Source: an uncultured bacterium (GTDB lineage: Bacteria; Bacillota_I; Bacilli_A; Erysipelotrichales; Erysipelotrichaceae). Taken from it: 64,000 bases of DNA. Under the pieces are notes generated by a model. It had not been told where the DNA came from and did not search any database. It saw only the letters and a program-made list of their open reading frames with translations. The stretch's first letter is position 1. The number at the start of each line of letters is the position of its first letter. This document shows positions 57,115-64,000 of this stretch, piece by piece. The translations under genes and the position numbers were made by a program. The stretch covers positions 9,082-73,081 of the forward strand of contig CAIXIN010000131.1 in NCBI GenBank assembly GCA_903919545.1. Direction: 5' to 3'.

Positions 57115-57782
57115 AATTCATAACAGAGTTTCGCACTACGAGCAGATGCCTTTAAGAGATATTCATTAAAAGTCATTGAATTATCTGGATGTAAAACGAT
57201 GTCGGATAAAGAACGAATGATGATGAAAGGAATCTTATATTCGCTTGCCACATTCGCTAAAGCTGTGCCTTCCATTTCACAAGCTTCTGCTTCAGGATAA
57301 TGAGCCTTGATGTCATCACATTGTGCTTGGGTTGAGATAAATTGATTCCCTGATACTAAAGGGCCATACCAGACTCGCTCTTGCGTTACAAGCGACTTAA
57401 ACGATTCCACCATCACTTTATCTGCTTCATAGATAAATCTGTTCCTAGGACCGAAATTACGCTCATTCCCAAAACTACTAATATCAAAATCATGATAGGT
57501 TAATCGATCAGGAATAACCATATCCAATACCTTTTGATTGGGGTTAAGACCCCCTGCTGTTCCTATGTTGATCAAATGAGTGATTTTGAAGTTTTCAAAA
57601 CATATGGTTAAGGTCATCGCTGCCATCACCAAACCTATCCCACTTTTAAAGATAACAACTTCTTTCCCATTTAAACTTCCTTGATGAAAATCAAGATGAT
57701 TAACCGTTGATGTTTTCTTGTCTTTTAGATAAACCAATAACGCATTTACTTCTTCTTCCATCGCTCCTACAATCGCAATCAT
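57093..57782 (-). CDS. mtnN: 5'-methylthioadenosine/S-adenosylhomocysteine nucleosidase
   Basis: MIAIVGAMEEEV N-terminus, plus GTAGGL and CEMEGTALA motifs. Confidence 0.9.
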   Translation of the reverse strand: MIAIVGAMEEEVNALLVYLKDKKTSTVNHLDFHQGSLNGKEVVIFKSGIGLVMAAMTLTICFENFKITHLINIGTAGGLNPNQKVLDMVIPDRLTYHDFDISSFGNERNFGPRNRFIYEADKVMVESFKSLVTQERVWYGPLVSGNQFISTQAQCDDIKAHYPEAEACEMEGTALANVASEYKIPFIIIRSLSDIVLHPDNSMTFNEYLLKASARSAKLCYEFCGNLKL

Positions 57783-58510
57783 AGTGACCTCCTTTTAACC
57801 ACAAATAGGTATTTTTCTTTATCAGGATGAATGCCTTTGATGAAGTCTGAATAGACTTCAACACTTGTATCCAAGCTTTCTAAATGATCCAAAATGAGCT
57901 TAAGAGGATACACTCTTTGATCAAAGCTGATCGTTTGAGCGTGTCCTAACTCATCAAAGAAAGCAAAATGATGATTGATGATCTGATCAGGCATACTTAA
58001 GATGGTCCATTGAAAAGGATGACCACAAACAATGCCTTCTTCTAGATATTCTTCTTTGAATTCTTCATATCTGTTTTCAGTATGCATATCAAAAAGAAAT
58101 ACTGCTTTATCCTTTAAATGATAAACTGCTTCACTTAATACGCTTTTTAGCTCATCTAAGCCCAATACATAGTTTAGGCTATCTCCAAATAGAAGTATGG
58201 CATCAAAATACCCTAAACCTTTTAAATCGCTCATAGAGCCTAGAATCGTTTGACACTCAGGATTCCTTTTAGAATACATTTTAAGCATTTCAGGATCAAG
58301 ATCCAATCCTGTAATCTCAAAATAAGGCTTTAGTTTCTCACTAACGGTTCCTGTTCCACAGGCTAAATCCAAACAAGACCCTTTTTGGGCTTGATTCAAA
58401 ACAAACTGAGCGTATTGATTCGCCACGGCTTCATCTTCAACCAAGGCATCAAATACTTCAGCTAAACTAATCGGCATAACGCTCAACTTTCTTATCTGCC
58501 CATAAGACAT
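57779..58510 (-). CDS. Class I SAM-dependent methyltransferase (YqeM-like)
   Basis: Motif I LDLACGTG. Sits after rsfS, as yqeM does in the Bacillus yqe cluster. The start may be the internal MPISLAEV at 58477. Confidence 0.75.
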   Translation of the reverse strand: MSYGQIRKLSVMPISLAEVFDALVEDEAVANQYAQFVLNQAQKGSCLDLACGTGTVSEKLKPYFEITGLDLDPEMLKMYSKRNPECQTILGSMSDLKGLGYFDAILLFGDSLNYVLGLDELKSVLSEAVYHLKDKAVFLFDMHTENRYEEFKEEYLEEGIVCGHPFQWTILSMPDQIINHHFAFFDELGHAQTISFDQRVYPLKLILDHLESLDTSVEVYSDFIKGIHPDKEKYLFVVKRRSL

Positions 58511-58805
58511 CCAATTGATAAAAAGCTCTGGTTTCTTCTAGAAACAGATGAACTAAAACATCTGGGGTATCGATGAGGATCCACCCAGCATCAGAAGTTC
58601 CTTCCATATGATGGATTGGTAAATGGGCGATCTCTAAAGCTTCCATTAAATAATCGCTTAAAGCATGGAGTAAACGAGGATTATTAGCACTCGCAATGAT
58701 CATATGATCATGAATGAAGTGTCCATCGATAAAATCAAAGAGATCTATAGCAGTAGCCTTTTTATCTGAGAGAAGTTTAACGATCAATTGTTGATTGGCT
58801 AGCAT
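58467..58805 (-). CDS. rsfS: Ribosome silencing factor RsfS
   Basis: 112 aa of RsfS/YqeL size, with a WILIDTPDVLVHLF motif. Position after nadD/yqeK. Confidence 0.85.
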   Translation of the reverse strand: MLANQQLIVKLLSDKKATAIDLFDFIDGHFIHDHMIIASANNPRLLHALSDYLMEALEIAHLPIHHMEGTSDAGWILIDTPDVLVHLFLEETRAFYQLDVLWADKKVERYAD

Positions 58806-59820
58806 TTTTTTCCTTTTGGATGTACTCCATTTGTTTGTGGCTGACCATTTGAGCAGCCTTATCTAAGTCTATCTTCGCTAAGGCAAGTTCTTCAGAAACA
58901 TCATAGTTTCGTGAAGGCTCACATTTATCGGCAATATAGATCAGTTGACTTAAGGCTTTGCCTTTTTGTCCTGTAACATGATTGGCGATCGCATTGAGGA
59001 CCACTTTATCTTTTAGACCACATCGTTTTAAATAGGCAGCAGCTGTTTTTTGATGCCAAATAGGAGCGGGTTGATGAAGGTAAGCAGGATGGATAAAACC
59101 TAACCAAGCTGCTGATTTTTCTTTCGGCCACATTTTGGTACTGTCATGAAACAAGGCAGCTAAAGTAATCTGATGAACATTCATATGATGACATTCACCG
59201 AGTTCAAGGGCAAGTTTCTCAACTTGTTTAACATGATGCCAACGTTTTTCACTCACAAAAGATTTTGCGATGGATTCTAAATAGAGATCATTTTCGAAGA
59301 TATAAGTTACGACATCCTTAGCTGTATTCTCTAATTTGCCTTCACGTATAGACGTGCTTGAGATGTGTTTAATATGAGGTACATCTATGATCTTCATATC
59401 TTTTCTGATTTGATCCTCAGGATGTCTTTTTACTACAATAAAATCTACTAACTTTAATAGATTATCTGCTTCTTTCCAAGATGAAAATTGATTGGATTGA
59501 TCACTTCCTATGATCCAAGTAAAACGATGATGTGGATAAAGTGATTTTAAAGCAGTGACTGTATTGATGGTGTAACTAGGGCTAGGTAAGCTTTCTTCTA
59601 TCGTACATACCTTTAATTTACGATAGGGCTTGATCAATCTTAAGATCATCTGTACACGATCTTCAAAAGGAGCCAAGTTTTGATTCTTTAAAGGTGTCTC
59701 ACTGGTAGGTAAAAACCAGATCTCATCGAACTTTTCATTTTTTAGTACGCTTAAAGCGATTTTTAGATGTCCTAAATGGGGTGGATTAAAACTACCACCA
59801 AAACAAGCTATTTTATTCAT
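58777..59820 (-). CDS. nadD: Fusion protein: nicotinate-nucleotide adenylyltransferase (NadD) plus YqeK HD-domain phosphohydrolase
   Basis: N-terminal half has GGSFNPPHLGH and ISSTSIR (NadD). C-terminal half has LFHDSTK, IWHQKTAAAYL and NHVTGQ...LIYIADKCEPSR (YqeK-type HD). One uninterrupted 347-codon frame. Confidence 0.85.
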   Translation of the reverse strand: MNKIACFGGSFNPPHLGHLKIALSVLKNEKFDEIWFLPTSETPLKNQNLAPFEDRVQMILRLIKPYRKLKVCTIEESLPSPSYTINTVTALKSLYPHHRFTWIIGSDQSNQFSSWKEADNLLKLVDFIVVKRHPEDQIRKDMKIIDVPHIKHISSTSIREGKLENTAKDVVTYIFENDLYLESIAKSFVSEKRWHHVKQVEKLALELGECHHMNVHQITLAALFHDSTKMWPKEKSAAWLGFIHPAYLHQPAPIWHQKTAAAYLKRCGLKDKVVLNAIANHVTGQKGKALSQLIYIADKCEPSRNYDVSEELALAKIDLDKAAQMVSHKQMEYIQKEKNASQSTIDR

Positions 59821-60107
59821 TGGGGAAAGTTTATTTTATGTTTTTCCGATTCTTTGAATAAAACAAAAGTACGACCGATTTCATTCACCACTTCTGAGTT
59901 GGTGTGGGCACTAAGATCAAGCATCATTTCTCTTACGTCAGAAGTACATGATTTCAAAACACTGACCTTAACGAGCTCATGTGATTTTAAGGATATTTTT
60001 GTACTTTCGATGATGTTTAGAGTTAAGCCATCTTTACCGATAAGCACCAAAGCTTTTAAAGGATTGGCCAAGGATTTTAAATAAGATTTCTGTTTGGAAT
60101 TGAGCAT
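59817..60107 (-). CDS. yhbY: YhbY/YqeI-family RNA-binding protein (CRS1/YhbY domain)
   Basis: MLNSKQKSYLKSLANPLKALVLIGKDGLT matches the YhbY N-terminus. The start at 60107 overlaps the yqeH stop by 1 nt. The track's longer start is unlikely. Confidence 0.8.
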   Translation of the reverse strand: MLNSKQKSYLKSLANPLKALVLIGKDGLTLNIIESTKISLKSHELVKVSVLKSCTSDVREMMLDLSAHTNSEVVNEIGRTFVLFKESEKHKINFPQ

Positions 60108-61129
60108 TAGAGTAAAGCCTTTCTTAGGGTTATTTCTGATTTTAATTCTGTTTGGATCACAATCGATTCTGCTTTGCCTTTGATCGACATCCAACCTAGT
60201 CCACTAAAGACCACATCAGTGCTTTCATCCAGCTTATTATAGCGTATCTCAGATTTCATCTTCACCATCTCAGGATGATGTTTCTCAAGATATTCAGTCG
60301 CATGTTTCCCACTACGATGGAAAGGACAAGTTTGAGATAGATAGAAAGTTACAGACATCGCTTCGCTCGGAGTAATCGTTAAAACAATAAAAGGAGCGAT
60401 AATATAGGTCTGAGTTTCACTGATCTGATAGGTCTTTGCCTTAAGTGGTTTTAAGACCGCATAATCAGAGGCATCTTTAAGGGATAGTTTTTCTAGGTAG
60501 CCTTGAAGTTTAAACCCAGGGGTATCATACAGATTACGTCCTTCAAAATCAACCTTATTGATTTTTAAGGTGGTATGAGGGAAGGCAGAAACAGTTAACG
60601 CATTACTGTCTGTGATCGCATTGATCAAAGAACTTTTCCCTGCATTCGCCATTCCAATAAAAATCAAATTACCTCTTGTCCTAGATAGCATTCTCTTAAG
60701 ATTCTCTATTGAAGGTTTAGATTTCAAAGAGGTCACCGCAACCATTAAATGATCGATCTTTCTAGATGCTAAGGAAAAGTTAACCATACGTTTAATCTTT
60801 TCTCGACTTAAGGTTTCAGGTAAAAGATCAGACTTGGTGATGCATAAGATAAGGGGTCTATCTTTGAAATGTGTCTCCATCATATCTAGGATGCGGACAT
60901 CATAGTTCAATAGATCAATCAATAAAACCAAGGTCCCTTCTACATTTTTAAGTTCAGAAAGAAGGTCTTTTAAGATGACTTCGTCTTTTTTGATGACTGA
61001 GGCATCCCCATAATGTTTTAGTCTAAAACATCTTCTACAGATCTCGTGATTGAGATCCACGACATATCCAATCTTATTGATGTCTGTATTTTGTAGAGGG
61101 GCTCCACAACCTTGACAGTTTTTATTCAT
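60107..61129 (-). CDS. yqeH: Ribosome biogenesis GTPase YqeH (circularly permuted)
   Basis: N-terminal zinc finger CQGCG...CRRC, with G4 TKSD preceding G1 GMANAGKSS. Confidence 0.88.
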   Translation of the reverse strand: MNKNCQGCGAPLQNTDINKIGYVVDLNHEICRRCFRLKHYGDASVIKKDEVILKDLLSELKNVEGTLVLLIDLLNYDVRILDMMETHFKDRPLILCITKSDLLPETLSREKIKRMVNFSLASRKIDHLMVAVTSLKSKPSIENLKRMLSRTRGNLIFIGMANAGKSSLINAITDSNALTVSAFPHTTLKINKVDFEGRNLYDTPGFKLQGYLEKLSLKDASDYAVLKPLKAKTYQISETQTYIIAPFIVLTITPSEAMSVTFYLSQTCPFHRSGKHATEYLEKHHPEMVKMKSEIRYNKLDESTDVVFSGLGWMSIKGKAESIVIQTELKSEITLRKALL

Positions 61130-61595
61130 CGTGTATTACCTTGCTTTCCAAGATTCTAAAGAATCTCGTAATCCAATGCTTATCCACATCCATAGGTTTG
61201 ATTAATAAATAAGGTCTTCCTAACCATAGTGCCAATAATACATCGGTCACAGCTTGATCCCCAATAATGACAACTGAATTCATATCGACATTTTGTCTTT
61301 TTAAATAAGCTCTTACTTTAAAAGGAAAAGGTTTAAATGAGCGCATAAGAATCGGTAAGTTTAAGTCGACACCGACATTAGATTGCCGCTTGGTAAAATT
61401 ATTTGTACATAAGAGGATCTGATGATCCACTTGGGCATTTTTAATCCATTGGATCTCTTGAGGAGATATTCTTTGATCATAAGGTGATAACAAGGTGTTA
61501 TCGATATCGATCAATAATAGAGCGTGTGAGCATCCTAGATCAATAAAGGTTTTTTGATTCAACTGAGAAAGACTCGCAACTCGTTTGATCATCAA
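61122..61595 (-). CDS. yqeG: YqeG-family HAD phosphatase
   Basis: HAD motif [10 protein letters not shown] and a C-terminal GDQAVTD motif. First gene of the yqe cluster. Confidence 0.8.
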   Translation of the reverse strand: MMIKRVASLSQLNQKTFIDLGCSHALLLIDIDNTLLSPYDQRISPQEIQWIKNAQVDHQILLCTNNFTKRQSNVGVDLNLPILMRSFKPFPFKVRAYLKRQNVDMNSVVIIGDQAVTDVLLALWLGRPYLLIKPMDVDKHWITRFFRILESKVIHDE

Positions 61596-64000
61596 AGTTC
61601 AAAGTGGATGAATTCCACATCCTTATGTTCGCCCTCTGAAGGTTCAGCATCTATCTTTTCCTCTTCCACAATAAAGTCTCTTATTTGTATTTCTTCTATT
61701 CCCTTCATCAAATAGAACTTTGATAAACCTGTTTGACTAAAGGTAGCTTCCTTATCCATCAATGGTACATCTTTAGCAGATTTCCAATTGGATTTTTGAT
61801 GGGTAATCTTGATCTCATCATAACTGCCAAGGATCAAACCATCTTCTATGAATTGAGGATTTGACTTCACGCGCTTAGCGATCAATTCCCCTTTCGCAGG
61901 ACGATTGAATTGTTTAAGTTCACTTAATTTGATTCGTTTCATCAATCCATTGTCTGTTTTTAGTAAGACCGCATTCCCACCGTTTCTTACTGCAACCCCA
62001 AAAGCCATTTCATCATCAGATAAATTCATGGCTCTGACCCCTCTTGCTTTGGTCTGCATCAGAGAAACATTGTCGAAATCATATCGAACCATATAGCCAT
62101 TTTTAGAACACAGGATCACTTCTTCCCCATGATATAAAGCAAAAGCACTGACCAGTTTATCACCTTTTTGTAGTAACATCGCATCATAGGTCTTATTCAT
62201 ACGGGTAACTTCAAAGTCTTTCACCAATGATTTCTTTACGTAGCCTTCTTTGCTTAAAGTTAAGATATAGGCTTGGGTATCATAGCCTTTTATAGTAAAA
62301 GCAGAGATTACTTTCTCATGATCATCCGATTTCACATAATGACTAAAATGGCTTCCTAAGTCTTTCCATTTACTGTCATCAAGTGTATAAATAGGAATCA
62401 TAGCGTAAGAGCCTTGATCAGTGATCAATAAGAGATGATCATAGGTTTCAGATTCTAAAGTACCAATCAATTGATCCCCTTCTTTACAAGCAGGATCGAT
62501 GTTTTCTGAAGCTTGATAAGATCTCAAAGAGACACGTTTAACGTAGCCATCTCGACTGACGGAGATCATGACTTTTTCATTAGGAATCATAGAGAGCTTA
62601 TCGATGATGATCTCTTGGACATCATTTTCGATCACAGTTCTTCTGTTCATAGGGAATTGATCACGAATCGTTTTCATTTCTTTGATGATGACTGATTTTA
62701 AGATCTCAGCACTGTTGATGACACCCGATAAAAAACTCATCGTATTTTGAAGTTGAGCCAACTCTTCTTTGATTTCTAAGATATCTGTATTGGTCAAACG
62801 ATATAGTCGTAATGAAACAATGGCCTCTGCTTGAGCTTCAGTAAATCCAAATCTTTCGATAAGTTTCAGTTTAGCTTCACCCTTATCTTTTGAGGATCGA
62901 ATCAAAGCAATGATCTCATCCAATACACTGATGGCTTTGATGAGACCTTCCAAAACGTGGGCTTTTGCGCTTAAATCTTCATATTGGGCTTTTGATCTTT
63001 TTAATACCACTTCTTTTCTAAAAGCGATGAACTCATCTAAGATCTGAATCAATCCACATTGAACAGGACTATGTTGAATAATAGAAACCATATTGTAGTT
63101 AAAATACACTTGAAGATCTGTGTTTTTATAAAGATAATTTAAAATCAATTGAGGATCATTTTCCTTTTTGACTTCAATGACAATTTTCATTCCGTTACGA
63201 TCAGATTCATCGCGTATATCAATGAGCCCATCAATAGATTTATTGAGTCGAATATCATCCATCTTCTTAACGAGCCCACTTTTGATGACTTCATAAGGAA
63301 TCTCAGTGACAGTCAAAACATGATTGTTTTTATTCGAACTTAAAATTACTTTAGAACGTATGACGATACGTCCTTTACCAGTACTAAAAGCTTCTTTTAT
63401 CCCATCTATACCTTGAACGATACCTCCTGTAGGAAAATCAGGACCTTTTACGATTTCTAAGATGTCGTTAAGATTACAATCTGGACGTCCTATTCTATAA
63501 ATAGTCGCATCAATAATTTCAGTTAGATTATGAGGCGGCATATTGGTGGCATAACCAGCAGCGATACCCATCGCCCCATTGATCAACAATTGAGGTACTC
63601 TCGAAGGTAAAACGACAGGTTCTAATTGAGTATCATCAAAATTAGGTGCGAAAGCGACCGTGTGTTTTGAAAGATCTTCAAGTAAGTGTCCAGAAAATTG
63701 AGATAAGCGTGCTTCAGTATATCGCATCGCAGCAGCTGGATCATCATCGATCGATCCATTGTTTCCTTGCATATCGACCAACATAAGATTCATTTTCCAT
63801 GATTGAGACATTCTCACCATGGCTTCATAGACACTTGAATCTCCATGAGGATGATAGTTACCAATAACTAAACCAACGGTCTTAGCCGATTTACGATACC
63901 CTTTATCGAAAGTATTGCCATCTTCGTTCATGGCATATAAAATTCTTCTTTGAACAGGTTTTAATCCATCTCGAACATCAGGTAAAGCTCGATCTTGAAT
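61592..64000 (-). CDS. parC: DNA topoisomerase IV subunit A (5'-truncated by the window edge)
   Basis: The frame continues upstream of the track's Met ([23 protein letters not shown] read from 63932-64000). Motifs [17 protein letters not shown] and catalytic [16 protein letters not shown] and the absence of a GyrA box in the C-terminal domain favour ParC over GyrA. Confidence 0.8.
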   Translation of the reverse strand: MQDRALPDVRDGLKPVQRRILYAMNEDGNTFDKGYRKSAKTVGLVIGNYHPHGDSSVYEAMVRMSQSWKMNLMLVDMQGNNGSIDDDPAAAMRYTEARLSQFSGHLLEDLSKHTVAFAPNFDDTQLEPVVLPSRVPQLLINGAMGIAAGYATNMPPHNLTEIIDATIYRIGRPDCNLNDILEIVKGPDFPTGGIVQGIDGIKEAFSTGKGRIVIRSKVILSSNKNNHVLTVTEIPYEVIKSGLVKKMDDIRLNKSIDGLIDIRDESDRNGMKIVIEVKKENDPQLILNYLYKNTDLQVYFNYNMVSIIQHSPVQCGLIQILDEFIAFRKEVVLKRSKAQYEDLSAKAHVLEGLIKAISVLDEIIALIRSSKDKGEAKLKLIERFGFTEAQAEAIVSLRLYRLTNTDILEIKEELAQLQNTMSFLSGVINSAEILKSVIIKEMKTIRDQFPMNRRTVIENDVQEIIIDKLSMIPNEKVMISVSRDGYVKRVSLRSYQASENIDPACKEGDQLIGTLESETYDHLLLITDQGSYAMIPIYTLDDSKWKDLGSHFSHYVKSDDHEKVISAFTIKGYDTQAYILTLSKEGYVKKSLVKDFEVTRMNKTYDAMLLQKGDKLVSAFALYHGEEVILCSKNGYMVRYDFDNVSLMQTKARGVRAMNLSDDEMAFGVAVRNGGNAVLLKTDNGLMKRIKLSELKQFNRPAKGELIAKRVKSNPQFIEDGLILGSYDEIKITHQKSNWKSAKDVPLMDKEATFSQTGLSKFYLMKGIEEIQIRDFIVEEEKIDAEPSEGEHKDVEFIHFEL

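Noticed and set aside
1-64000. Search by eye for CRISPR repeats, tRNA/rRNA genes, T-box or other riboswitch leaders, IS elements, integrases, toxin-antitoxin pairs and defence-system genes
   Set aside because: No regularly spaced direct repeats were found, and no tRNA T-arm consensus (GGTTCGAATCC or its complement). No intergenic region exceeds about 120 nt apart from the one holding rnpB. No ORF has transposase, integrase or nuclease-helicase defence signatures. A by-eye scan could miss short or diverged elements, so covariance-model and HMM scans would settle it.

Overview
The window is a low-GC chromosomal core region of Bacillota type (roughly one-third G+C by eye, not computed), read with the standard code 11. 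I call about 71 tightly packed genes. All but five lie on the minus strand, and many have 1-40 nt start/stop overlaps. Gene order follows three Bacillus subtilis-type synteny blocks in reduced form. (1) A seven-gene comG competence-pseudopilus operon, rpmG, a class B PBP, and ispG/ispH flanking a DEAD-box helicase. (2) A long run: rodZ-pgsA-cinA-recA-rny-ymdB-fer-miaB-rnjB-ftsK, a nupNOPQ-like nucleoside ABC transporter, an M16 peptidase pair, ssbB-like, thyA-folA, pdp, scpAB, rluB-rsmE-mtaB, murE, deoC, rpsU, phoH-ybeY-dgkA-cdd-era-recO-glyS-dnaG-sigA-trmK. (3) gpsB-rnpB, recU-ponA, nth-dnaD, and the yqeG-yqeH-yhbY-nadD/yqeK-rsfS-yqeM-mtnN cluster behind a 5'-truncated parC. Five features missing from the ORF track were read directly from the DNA: RNase P RNA (under a spurious 64-aa ORF), rpmG, rpsU, a 2x[4Fe-4S] ferredoxin and a comGE-like pseudopilin. 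I found no rRNA or tRNA genes, CRISPR arrays, transposases, integrases, prophage genes or recognisable defence or toxin modules. I do not see convincing evidence for a novel multi-gene system here. The best leads are single-gene oddities. They are an orphan ORF translationally coupled inside the rluB-rsmE-mtaB RNA-modification operon, and an RNase J2 orthologue with a degenerate HxHxDH metal site. Others are a housekeeping sigma factor about 200 aa longer than Bacillus SigA through two insertions, a NadD-YqeK fusion, and a structured C-terminal extension on PBP1A. The last two are a ferredoxin mini-unit abutting miaB and a pair of uncharacterised membrane-anchored proteins next to dnaD. All family assignments rest on motifs and synteny read by eye. 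No database search was run.
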